Assembly (NCBI GenBank): GCA_030141605.1
Contig: JAQGDQ010000141.1
Span: 372,001-436,000, forward strand
Reading direction: 5' to 3'
Origin: Tubiluchus corallicola
Taxonomy: Eukaryota > Animalia > Priapulida
DNA: 64,000 bases
Shown here: in pieces, positions 1 through 13,700 of the stretch
Layout: every line of letters begins with the position of its first letter
Numbering within the stretch: the first letter of the stretch is position 1
Position numbers and translations under genes: made by a program
The notes under the pieces: generated by a model
The model's database searches: none
The model's input: only the letters and a program-made list of their open reading frames with translations
Told to the model about the DNA's origin: nothing

Positions 1-1652
1 GAGCTGATACGCCACATCACCAAAGCTACTCCAACACACAATTTTTAAACAAGATCTATGTCAGAAACTACAAAAATTACTCCACAATGTTACATAAGGC
101 CAGTAGCGGCAAGTGGCTAACCCAGCGCTTAGCCTAGTGGACATAATCACGTATGTTACTGTCAAATACCCATCCGTTTGGAGAAAAGTGATGTACTTGC
201 TTCCCATAAAATTGCTTATATTATCTGCAAAATGTCAGTAACGTTATTCCCCTAACATAAAATTTTGCTTTGAAAAACAGGTCTAACATTTTAAAATTTA
301 CATCCGAAAGGCACAGTTTAACACCAGCTCTCAGCATAATTTCATTATTGATTGCGTACCATTCCATATCACCAGCTCTCAGCAGTGAATAAATGACACT
401 TGCTTTCTCAGGTCATCATCATTAAATCCAGTGTAATAATTAGAAATCTAATTACAATATTAAATTCAATTACGACGTGTGAGCTGATATATCACATCAG
501 CAAGGTTATTCTAACACATGATTTTATGGCCAGATCCATACCAAAAGCTATTGATCACTTCACTTTGCGCAAGTCTCCCACTTCAGGAATGTTATGAATA
601 TCCTTTAATTATTCCGTTAGAGCTTTGCAAAATGACATGTGGGGTTTTCACACGTTTGATCATAGTCAAAGACGGTTTTGCAAGATACATGACAGGAAAG
701 TCGCAGAGAGCAGGAAAGAGCAGACCTATCATCCCCCCTGTCTGTTCTCACGCTTATCACCTCTTATCATCCATCGTAGGTAAAATATAGCGAAATTTAC
801 AATATAGGATCAAAGGGAAGCAGCCCGGAGAAAGCAAGTGTAATTTGCTTGTTGCTGGCAGCTGGTGATGCTGGACGGCGAGCAGTCAATGATGAAGTTG
901 TGTGTGAGAGCAGGTTGTCAAAGCTGTGCCTTTCAGATGTAAATTTCAAAATGGTGGACCTATTTTAGCGACATAATAAGGAGACATCGTGAAATCGGAC
1001 TTATTTATTATTTTTTTCTTTTTCAGCAGTTCTTGACTACTCACCTTGATACAAAAAGCTCAAGGCACGCCTCATTATGCACTGAACAGAATTGAATCTA
1101 TGGTCCAGAGACAAGTGCGTCAATGATTTTGGCCACGTGATTTGTTGTTCGTAGTGATGTACATCCGGGCTTTTCACAGTAGTGAAGAAGTCCATGATGT
1201 TTTTGTTTGATTACAGTAATTTCATGTATTTTCACTAATTTGCCTGATTAACGCCTGGATTTATCGAATAATATTGAACTTATATTAATAATCGATTGCG
1301 TTTTCTATAGTTTCATCGGTAGAACGATTGTGTTTGTGAAATGAAGTAAATGCTGAGTTAAACGAGTCACTGTGGACAGAATTTAGGGTTAGGCGTTTCA
1401 CTAAGTTTGTGATTTTGTTCGCGTTCTCCGCTGGCCAGTTAGCTTATGTTATGTGAAACTCGTTTTTCTGATATCACAAAGTTTATCATGCAGGAAGGCG
1501 CAGATCAAGAAGAAGAAGGGGAAAACATCGACGGTGTCATTGAGTTTTGTTTTTAAAGCATAGACATGAAATCCGGGCTAGAACTTCGTGGATCTGTACT
1601 GTGTAGTAAGGAATAGTAAAAGGCCTAGTTGCCAGCCTTTTTGTGACTTTAC

Positions 1653-1725
1653 GTAAGTCACTAGGTTGTGCAGGTTGCTGGCTGTTTGTGCTAACGTAAA
1701 GTGTGCTTTCATTTCTGTGAAACAG
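1653..1725 (+). other. 5' UTR intron of ZFAND4 (73 nt)
   Basis: Donor AC|GTAAGT, branch point GCTAAC at about 1690, acceptor AACAG 16 nt before the ATG. Confidence 0.7.
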
Positions 1726-1741
1726 AAAAGCCTGTGTGAAC

Positions 1742-4700
1742 ATGATCATGGAATTATACATTGAAACGCTCACAGGAATGGCGTTTGAACTGCGGGTTTC
1801 TCCATTTGAAACCGTTTTTGCCGTAAAAGCGAAGATTCAGCGAATGGAAGGTGATTAACATTGTATTTTTTGCCATACCTTTCAGTTGATATTTTATAGT
1901 AGCTTGTTAACAAGTAACTCATTTATTTATTTTTTATTTTATTCATACGAAAAGTGCATTAATATAGCACAATTACTTAGTGCATTAGTGAATTTACAAA
2001 CATAATTAATTACATTTACATGGCACACAAAATCATGTCAAGTAATATGTGCCAATAAATGGAGCCTATCAGTGCAGGACATAAGTAACTCAAATATCAA
2101 TAAAGTAAAAAAAGTTAGAATGTATGTTAATGAAGTATTGCAGTTAAAATTGTATGCAAAGATGAGGTAAAGAAGTCATGATTAAGTGAATGATCTATAT
2201 AGTGTGATTTACAAGTATAGCAAAATTGTGTGATTGATCTCACAGACAGACACTTTTTGCTACTGTCTGTTTGCTCGCTAATTTTGGTGAAGAGGGTCGA
2301 GTGTATCCACGGTAACAGAAAAAACAAAACAAGAAAGAAGTAAAAAAGATACAAAATACAAAAAGAGATACATTTAAAAGAGCCATAAAATCATTTGTGT
2401 ATAATCACTCCTTAATGATACAAAAACAGAAATCTCCTACTTCTATTGTGTTTAAAATATTCACGGCCAGTGATACATTAGAAATTTGATTCTCAATTAA
2501 TTTAATTCATTTTGATATATGTGTGATTAGACAAGCTTTGGCTTAGGTATCATCGATGCATAATCTATATTGCATTTTTGGCATATAGTTTACATTATTT
2601 CCCATACATAATAAAACCGAATAACAACCTTGTCGAACAAAAAAGAAACTGGAGTATTATTCAATAGTACAGTTAAGTCCTCATTTTACAATGCTTTGTT
2701 TAGTGACAATTCACATAAACGATGATGACAGGCAGGTTAGTACTTCGGCTTGACATGCACCATGGCTTAGTTTAGTTAAAAATCCATCGATTGTGATACT
2801 AGATGTTTATGTCAGGTGTCACTAGAGCCAGACTAAGTGCAGATACTCATGAGAACTGAAAAGTTCAATTTTAACTCTGTGTGATAACATTTTAAATAAA
2901 GAAATTATCACATTAATATTGGTTATTGTAATTGATTTTTAAATAATTTTTCGAAACTGTTTTACGTCTGATTTTAGTGTATATGGTCTTAGGGATGCAC
3001 CGAATATTTGGATTGTCGAATGTTTTCTCCGAATATCAGTATAAAAGTCTGGTCAAATTTTCAAAAAATTTTGAAATTACAAGACAATTCAGTTCAGTTT
3101 CATGAAAAATTTCGGTTCGTCCTCAGTATGGTATTTCTTTTTAATTAATATTGTATTCAGTTCGGTCTAGCACAATCGATCACTTGGTTAAGCTTCTTTT
3201 CAGTGGCACCCAAGCATAAAACTTTATCTTCGATTCGGATGATGAAAATGTGCTTTCAGTGCGCCCATATATGGTCTGCCTGTAAACGTTTTTGCAGATC
3301 AAAACGTTCACTGATGTAAACATGGCATCTTACACATTTTATGAACTAGAAATTTATCCTATGGATTGCAGTTTAGAAAGCAGAGGATTTTGATCTTAAG
3401 TACACTTAAAGCAAAACTAAGCAAAAGGAAAAAATTTAGCATGAGGTATATTGAATGTTCTTTTGAACGAAGTTGACAAGTTAGGTGTGTCCAGTTTTTT
3501 TACGCTTCCTGATCCTGAAACCTCAATGTACATGCTCGGTCATCATTCATTGTGTGATCAATATCTGTCATCCTTATTTTTTATTTGCTTTTAGAGCATC
3601 TTAGCTCCTTAAAATAATCTTGATTTCAAATTTGATACACAAAGGTTGCTCTTATTTCCTATGTGTGTGGGCCTACGAAGTTTCCAGTTTTTGAACTGAA
3701 TATAGTTCTGTAATAAATCACCAAAAATCTGGAACAGCCATTGCCAAAAATTTATGCAACAGCTTACGTTATTTATGTGTAGTAAATAAACACAATTTGT
3801 TACAATAGATGCTTAGTATCTATCTTGTAAGCTGCAATATTTTGAAATGCATGTGTACACTGTACAGGTTTGTCACGTTTAAATGTTTTTAAGAACAAAT
3901 CAGCCGGCATTTAGGTAATCAGCATTACTGTAATGTTCTTAAGGTGATCAGTTTGGCAAGGTGACTGCTTATACCATGTAGGTCCAGTCGCCCAGCTAAT
4001 GCAGCTAGGCTTTTTCAAATATTTTGAATGCAGATTAGAGACCCAGCAGGTTTGAGAAGGACAGTTTGTTGCTGTTCGTGGCGAAAACTTGGCAATTCTG
4101 TAGTGTGCTAATAGTGAAAGTGGTTTAGTAATAGCCAGCTGAGTGTACGTGGATTGACCTATATTATGCTCAGGGTTTTTATGTGCTTTTTCACTAATTT
4201 GCAAGGCCGGCACAGACGCCCCGGGGCTAGCATGACACACGGATGCGTGTTATTTAAACCTTGAAATCAGTGCACAGGTTAATGTAGAGAAAAGTTTGTT
4301 CTGATAACAACTTTATAAGTGATTTATTGAGATGTAATGGAATTCTTTATTAAATTCAGCCTCTGTAATACATAACTAATTGAATGACTTTCTTAAAATT
4401 TTTAAAATCCATAAGCCATCTACATTTTCAGCCTGTCCAGTGTGTATCTTATACATAATGGAATTTAATGTAATTAGTATGCTGCTGCTTTGGCATTTGG
4501 TATTTGAAGGTTATTATACTATAATTCTATTTGAGCTTTTATATTTGCAAAGAGCTCTAGGTAGTATAAGTCTTCTTTAATTTTGTAGATGGCAGGTAAA
4601 TTTGATGGAGTTTGTATTATTTATTAAAGTTCTCTTAATTAATATTATTGTGAAGTCTTAATATTCAAACAGTGGATATTATGACATTGAACTAATACTT

Positions 4701-7700
4701 AAGCAGTGAAAATTGATGGATAATAATATAATCGTATAACATTAATTAAGAAATAATATCTTTATTGTTAATACTTGGACTATGTATATTCCAGTGTTAG
4801 GTAAACTGAACATAGTATTGATACAACAAAGCAACAGAAGTTTACTCTACTAGTTCTAATACACATTAACCAGTTAGTAATTCTAGCAGCAGTAAAGTCT
4901 ATGAGTTTTATGAAAACTAGACTGTGTATTTAATGTAGATCATTCATTCGCTTGTCAGTCATAAGTCATTCTATTTAGTGTTTAGCATTGACAGGTAAAG
5001 AATTTATTGCCTGGCGCGGTAGCTTAGAACCCCCGGACACACACAAACCTAGCTAGAGATGTAAGACAATATAAATGTTTAACGAGCTTAATAAACGTGA
5101 CAGCCCTACAGATGTGTTAAATGTTTCTTTGGTAGAAAGTTTTAAATTTTCCGATTAATAACTGAAAAGATGGGACTTCTGTTCGTTGGTGCTTGGCTAG
5201 GCCTATTGAAATACGTTATAATATGTGACCCGTGTTTAATGCGAGGAGATAGGATGTTATTATCGATGCAGTCTGCCTGCAGGTTTACGGATTTACCTGC
5301 CTGGAAAATAGTTTTAAAGTTTACAATTGTATGATACTAGCTTTTTTAAAAACTGTTTGAGTGTGAAAGCTGATATTTAGTTAATATGCTATAGCGATAT
5401 TTGTTCTTCGTAAACTTCATGAACGTGACTTTTACAGTTTTTTAAATCTAGATTTTTTGGTTTAATTGGCTCAAATATCAACATTCTAGAGAATAGTTTT
5501 TATTATGTGCAGTGTTGTGCTTTAAGAATGTTTTCATGGGAAATTCTTTGTACTTTTCAGTAAAATATTATATGCATGGCCACAGTTCCAATTATATTGA
5601 CATTTACCAAATTTTTTCAAGATTTTTATACTGCTAACAAGTGTTAGTGTTGTTTCAAGGTATTGAATGCTTAAAGCAACCACTGGATGCTAAACACAAG
5701 CGTTTTTTCAAGTTCTTAATTTTTCTCAGGCATTCCAATATCGCAGCAACACCTAATTTGGCAGTCTCGGGAATTGGAGGATGAATTCTGTTTACAAGAC
5801 TACAGCATTACTGATGGTGCAACCCTCAAGTTAGTCCTAGCTATGCGAGGAGGTCCCATCAATGCTAGAAGATGTAGGTGTAGTATAACAGTTTTGTAAT
5901 TTGTAATAAATCTTCTGCTTTACAGTATCCCGTTTATATGCTTTAACGAAGCAGAACTTTTATCACCATTCTCCTCATTTAAAACAAATGTTTCAATTTT
6001 ATGACAATATAACCTATTGTTTGGCTAGGTTAGCCGGACTGACCCAATGACCATAATTCTCTACAAAACAGGGCAAAACAACAGTTCTTCAACTCTGCCG
6101 TTGCTGTCATTTCAACATAAGTTAGTTGATTCGAATGTATTTTATTTAACCCGTCGTTTTAAATTTGGGTGTGGAAGCATGTGTGTATACCGTATAGTTA
6201 AACATTTTCCATTGTTTGCATACAGTGGAACCCACGTGATGTTAACATTTTTGATTAAATTCTGATTTTATAAATCCGCAAGTAATCGAAACATCTCAGT
6301 AAATTTATACACTTTTTTTTACTTTGTAGTGCCTTTAGAAAATCATACATTCAAGGAAATATCGGATTATGTTGAAGCAAACCGGTAAGATTTTATGTAG
6401 TTTCTGGTTTTCATATTTGTGAGTAAATAAGTAATGGGATTTAATTTTAAAACACTATGGAAATACCTACCATTTTTTTTAAATCTTTAGGGATGAAATT
6501 TGGGAGAAACTGCCTAGCAATCGACAAGTTACTCTGCTAGTGTTTCGTGAGGGGGATCAACTCAACTTTTTCCGCGTGGTAGATCGAGGTGACGGAACTT
6601 TAACGCCATTTTCAGAATCTTTAAGGTAGGTGCTATGTTTTATACACTAGGAAATATTAAAGGTTGTTCTGCAATTGTACATTCAATGTAGAAAAAGCTA
6701 CTATGTAAAGTATTATCTCTTGGTGTGCTCACTTTTGCTGCATAAGTTCTTACCCGAAAGAGTCATTTTCACTGTCAGAAGATTTCAAGTTTTTACTCGA
6801 TGCTTATAAAACAAGATTTAGAGATATTAATTTATTATTTGTCATATTTTTTTTAGTGGAACACCAATCTTAAATTATGTTGATGATGAGGACGAAGTGG
6901 AGGCATATGACGACTTAGAGGTGTCACCAGAAAAGCAGAAAGAAAATGCCGAAACTCGCGAGAAAATGAACGCTTTGCGGTCGAAAATGGAATGCTTGAC
7001 TGTCAATAAGAAACCAAAGCGGAAAGTTCGTCCTCCGTCTTCTGCCGTTCGGCCGGGCAGTCGTGATGGCCGTCATCGTGCTCGTCGTATGAGTGGACGA
7101 TTGAAAGGACAGACTAGGTTACCGCCCGTGGGTACATCATACACTGCATCCGAGTCCAGCAATGCAAGCGGCGAGGAAAACTGGTCAGAGCTGGATGATG
7201 AGCACAGGCGACATCTGGGTTTATTTGAGCTTGGTGAGCATTGTTCCAATTTACTAGTAATGGAAACCGCAAACTAGCTAGTTGACAATGAAGCTAATAA
7301 TAACCAGCTAGTTAACAGTTTCTGTCTTTAATTTACAATAGTGTTCCTTTTGAAACTATGATCTGAGAAAAGGATGGTTTGTTTTAGCCAGACAAGGTTC
7401 ATTTTTGACAAATATTTGCAGGACTAATATAACCCTAAACTCCTACAGGAATTGGTGGGGGTGTTGACATGTGACTTGTTGCAGAATTGATTCTGAGAAG
7501 CTCGGCATAGCAGTGATTTCCTGCCCAGTCAGCCATTGATATTTGGGGTTGTTGTAAAAATTGCTAAAGATCATTGTTGAAGTGACTAATTTATTGTGTT
7601 TTCTGTGCATGCTGTAAATTTTTGTTTTGTTTTGCCGTTGTAATATGGCAACTAAAAACTTGCAAACTATTTGTTTATGCTGCATTTCACAAAAAATTCA

Positions 7701-10700
7701 ATGTTTTTTGCCAATTGTGCCAGTTGTACTTAAATAACAAATTATTTCGGATTTTTTGATGTATTGCCAAAAGGTTCATCATTCAGGTATAGTACACATA
7801 AGATATGAGATACTAACAAAAATATATCAAATAATGTATTTGTTAATGTCAAAATTCTTTTGATTTTTTAAACTAGTAACACGATTTTATTATATAGCAT
7901 GATAACCGTAAATCACATAAGTTTCTCACAAGCCACTAATAGCACTGCTCCTTTTCTAAATAGTGGAGGTGTTAGATGACCATTATGGTCTTTCTCCATA
8001 ACGTCTTAATACAGTTATAGTGAATTGTGTATGATTAAGTTGCATATGAGTATGGAATGAGATAAGTAAACTAACTCTAATCCAAATCTAATCCGATCTA
8101 ATTGACAAGTGATCTCTGCTTGTTAAAAGCTCTCATATAATCAGGGCCGGCTCTACCATTAGGCAAACTAGGCAGTTGCCTCAGGCGTCAATTTTTGGGG
8201 GGCGTCAAACTCTGGAAGTAATTCTTTAATTTTGAAATTTAGGCCAAGTAATAACATGTTGTATATGTAATTCTTTAAGTGCACAATGCTAATTAAATGA
8301 AACAAACTAATTGCATTATTTTCCTGACGAAACTTATGAGTCTTTGATGCTAGCAAGTATCTTCTTGCACAAAACACTTTAGTTTTGCTTTATCGAGTTT
8401 TCTAAGATTAGGCCACTTCACACAGCACCCAAAACGTACTGTGTCATCACAAATTCAAAACAAATTCAACACAAGCTGTATATCGGTAATTGACTACACT
8501 TAATACATTATGCACTATAATACAGTGCAATTATTATTTCTTATAATATAATACAAGAAAAATTCAATATTGGGAGTGGCGTGTGGATCATGGGGGGCGC
8601 AGCAGTTGATCGTTGAGAAGGTGCTAAAAATATTTTTGCCTAGAGCTGGCACTGGTTATAATTCCCGTCTTATGATGCTGTTGGATACAATTGTTTATCC
8701 GCCGGGCATCATGTATGTATTGACAGCACAACATCAGAAAAAACCAAAGCAGGTGGGAAAATTATGCTATATAATGTTGTAAAATTTTGCTGTACAAAAT
8801 TAATATTGTACAGGATACTCCACTGCTACAAAGTCAAAAAATAGGGACAGGCAAATTGTTTTTGTGATGGTCAGATTTTTTAGCTGCCGTTCCCCATTTC
8901 CAGTAGAAGAATTGCTAAATTTGTACCCTACATGTTGAAATATAACATCCATATTTTTGTAGTTGGTTACAATACAGATGAAAAACATCTTTGTCTGATG
9001 GACTACAACGCACCAAAGTATCATTAATATTTTCAACATTTTGTCTGAGCCTGCATAGAGATTTAGTGTTGATGAGCTACATAATGTTAACACCACTTTG
9101 TTTATTTTCATATTCCCTACTCAAATGCTATATGTTCAAGTTGAATGCCTAGTATTAGATTGTTATTTAAAGATCTTTTTTTCTACAATACCGTGATTAT
9201 ATCCGTTGCCATTCATTGTCCTTGAGCAACTGGCAGAATGGATTTTTGTTACAGCATTTGCTTTGGCAGATGTTACTAGAATGTTATTTACTATACATTG
9301 TTGACATTGGGAAGAGTGGAAAATTGGTAATAATGTAGGAACACTGGCAGTATAATGAGGTTTCACTATTGTTGCCTGATAACAACTAAAAATGTGTTAC
9401 ACTTCCTTCTAAACCTGTAAGTTTTGATAATAATGACGTGCATAATTTGTTTTCTATAACAGGAAACATGAGATTATTTCTGTGACAAAAAACATGAGAT
9501 TATTTCTGTGACTAAAAATATGAGATTATTTCTGTGACAAAAAACATGAGATTATTTCTGTGACAAAAAACATGAGATTATTTCTATGACAAAAAACATG
9601 AGATTATTTCTATGACAAAAAACATGAGATTATATTTATGACAAAAAACATGAGATTATTTGTGTGACAAAAAACAGATTATTTTTATGACAAAAAACAT
9701 GAGATTATTTCTACGACAAAAAACATGGCAATAAAGAGAGTTAACAAAAAATTTGTGCAGCGTGTTTGCAACATGGCAAATGTCGTACGAGCATGTTGTG
9801 ATTTTACAACTACTTTGCTGAAAGAAGTGCGGGACAACAGAGTGCTGAGAAGTTGTCTCAAACTTGTCTCGGCAGCCTCAGAAGTGTCGCAGTATGTTCT
9901 TCAAGTTTTCGCATGCAATTAGTCCTCGCTTAACGAAGCTAACTCGTTCCAACACAGCGCGACATTAAACGAAACATCGTTAAATGAAGCCAAGACTTCC
10001 ATAGAAAGTAATGTAAAAGAATTGAAATACGTTCCACAGACAAAAATCAATACTGCTTATATCATATAAGTTATTAAATGTTCTATGAGTTTTATTCATA
10101 TTTCTACTTATTAATGCCTTCCTGTTTGCCTGAAACCTTCTAGATGTCACAGGGTCCAACACCGCCAAGGTCTGGGGCGACCTTGGGAATTTTGTCTATG
10201 TAGTTGTCCCGTTGCTGCAGCAACAGTTTGCAAGCAAAATTCCTTACATAAAGTTTGCTCGCTGGCTACGTGATGATTCTTATAAATGGCTAGTAATATA
10301 GTTTATTTTATTTTATTTTGTTTATTTGTAGTAGCGCGAGTAGGCAGTTAGGAAGTAAAAACATATACTTGTATAATAATTGCACTGTTTACGTTACTAG
10401 TACATTTTTAGAACAGAATAACGCAACAGTGCTGTTTTAATGCATCAAATCGGGTAAAAATTTTGTTGATAAAATAAAAATTTGTCTTGAGCAAAGTAAA
10501 AAAATTGTCATTAAAGCGAAATGTGCATCATTAACTAAAAAAATGTGTCAAATGATCGGCGTCGTTAAAACTAAACGTCGCTAAAGGGGGAGTCGGTAAG
10601 CGAGGACTTGCTGTAACAAATGTACTTATTATACTTCTATGCTCTCTTGCATGTAAATATATGATATTATTGAATTTCAGATAATTTTTACCGCAATGGA

Positions 10701-13700
10701 ACTTACCAGCTTGAAAATGGCAACAAGTCTGTATCGCTGCCATCTGGACTGAGTGGACAAACTGACCCGATAGAAGGACAGAGTAGCACCGAGTCAGATG
10801 ACGCAGAGTTTAATGCAGGACATTTGTCTGGGAAAACATCCTGTAATAGTACGAGAAGTCGGCATAGTTCCCGGCAACATGGCGAGCTCACTGAAAGTGA
10901 TAAAAAGTCTGAGGCTTGTGCTCAAAGTCCCGTACTTGTGCAAAGAAGTGGTAGTGCTGCCACTGGTGGTGTAAAAGCGAAACATAAAGTTGAACCATGT
11001 GATCAGGCCAGTAGCACAGGGATTAGTTATAAACCAAAAATAGGAACGTTATCAAGTGTCAAGATTAAGCATTTCAGTCGAGATTGTGATACCAATATGT
11101 CTTCAAATGCAGATGATCTAGGTTATAGTGAATTTAGTGAATTTACTGACAATCCTGTGTCAACTTATTCTGACAGTACACTAGAGAATTCGTCTTCTGA
11201 CGAGGTGGGCAGTACGTTAGCAAAATCGTTTGTGAGAAACTCGGTTCGCAGTCGCAGCAACGTGATGAACAGCAGCCATTTGAAACTAGTGGGTCATCCA
11301 GCGAAACTGGATGCCAGAATTCGACTCGAACCTTTGGGAGGTATTACCAAAAAAGACAACGAGCATACTGCTGTGCCTGCCAGTGAGAAGACCAATAGTT
11401 TATCTTTACCGCCAACAGGTGGTGCTCAAGAAATAAAAAATATTTCTCGGACTTGTGCGGCTAGTACAGAGCGTCTTTCAGCTTCCGAATCCGATTCAAA
11501 ATCTTCCATTAGAAAGAAATTAGAACCTTGCAATAGTCTGACAACTAAAATTAGAAAAGATGCGAATTGCATAGGCAGTGCTCTAAATGTGAAAAACAAG
11601 GTGAACTTGGACAAGCGAAAGCAGACTAGTTTAGATAGCCTCATGTTTGCAACACAAGAGCATGATGCAAACGATGACATCATGAACAAGGCGTCGTCCT
11701 TGGATACGCTACAGAAGTCTGAAATATACACGTTGGGGAGCCTAGTGAGGACATCAGCTCAAGAGAACTTGAGCTCAAGTAAGTTTTTAATAACCTTTTA
11801 TGCCTTTGAATGAAACTGCGAGCATATTTAGAAGTATTTAGTAATGTTGTTAGTATCTGCTGGTTCCTACATCTTTCGCAGTTATGAGTGTCGTCGAACA
11901 TGTTTCAAAATTTGTACAAGATGACATTTGTGTTTTGACACTCTTAGCTTGAATGCTCAAATGACACTGTACATTTTTGTGCAAATCTTTTCTAGGTAAG
12001 TCCAAGCTGGTGGATTGTAATCATGCAGGAGCACTGTTAGGTATGTCTGGTAGTGGTAACCAGGGCAACAGTGGCCGCAGCTCACCATCGAGAGTGCCTA
12101 CACCATTACTGGTAAGTCATTTTTATTAATTATGCATTTTTTGCAGAATTTGAAGGTAGATAATTATAGGTTTGTATTATTTTTACTGTATTAACATGGT
12201 TATGCAACAGTTTTGCAATATTATTATTAGCATGCGTTATTTAAATTGCTAGTATCCATAACCCTAAAATTAAAATAATGTTACGATAATAAGGAATTAA
12301 AAGTGTTTTAAAGAAAAACTGACCCTTGAACAACAGTCATTGTATATATTTTAATATTGAAATTACCACATAAATGACTTACTGCACTTACACAAATTGC
12401 CTTGCTTAAACTTATCTCTCGCAAGATGAGCTTTATATTTGAAGAAATTGATGTAAGCTGGTTGACAACATGAAGGCAAGCATAGCAGACCTTTTGCAGT
12501 TCACTCAAAATTCTGCTTTTCCAGCTGACTAAATTTTTGGGTTTAATGTTTCATTTCTGGTTCAAGATTTAATTTTTCTGAGAAGAGTGTGTTAAAGTTA
12601 CACTTTGCAGTCGGCCTAGAAAGCAGTTAGAAAATATACTGACAATAATAACATTTACTGACACTGACCTTCACTACTGGTACCAGGATACCAATGAAAT
12701 GATCGTTTGCTGATGTGTTAGAAATGTGAAGTCATGTTTAGCATCAGTTTGACTGCTCTTTTAAGTGCCTCTTCATTCCGATGGCCGTGTGGAAGCAATG
12801 CAGGATTTTGATCTACCAATGGTGATTTTAACTCCTTCTGGACCGTAAGCTTTTGCTGCATTTTGCATGGGTTCGTGAAAAACTGCTCTCACTAAGCAGC
12901 GATTACTTTATATTTCATAATTTTTGTACGTTTCTACTCCTCCTCACACAATAGATTTTCATGGAAAATTATATATCACACACATTTGCTTACCTTAGAC
13001 AAATTAAAAATTGGTTCTTGATAAGAAAATTGAAAAAAGCTTTTAGTAACTACAATGTTTGCACTGTAACAATGTGCAGTATCACTTGTGTGAAATTGGC
13101 TAATGCAGGAAATTTCGACTATTCACACACAGCACTCAAGTCTTTGGCCTCAAGTCTACTGTATTTTTAAAGTAGAAATTCTTGTTAAAAGAAGAAACAA
13201 CCTTTAATGGTTTTCTTGCGCTGTAGCAAGCAGGCAATCAATAAAATAGTGTGTACGATCACGTAAGTGTACACCAGACTAAATTACTCAATAGGCTAAG
13301 TTGGAGTGCCTGAAAATGGCATGTTTTTATTAATTTTATCCAATTAAATCACTTATAATTATTTAAACAAATAACATGGTTGGATAGCCGAGATTCTCCT
13401 GAATAGAACAGTACCTGATTTGTAATCATCTAATTATGTCATACAGTAGCAGGAAAGTCACAGGTCTTATAAGACCTATTTTGAATAGTGTGTCCCTGAA
13501 GGAGTTAACTCTGGCATTTTATTCCATTATAGTCGTGATAATTGACGAACAGTGTCGCCTTTACACGCCGTATGTTGCAGGCTGCCGACAGTCCTTTTGA
13601 AATCGTATATGCTGCATTTTCTGCCCTGTATCAGAATTGTAATACCATAAACTCGGGTTATAATGATGTGTCAATCTTGCGAAATTCCCTGGAGATCCTC

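Noticed and set aside
9455-9727. 26-bp periodic repeat as a CRISPR array
   Set aside because: Head-to-tail units without unique spacers, inside a eukaryotic intron.
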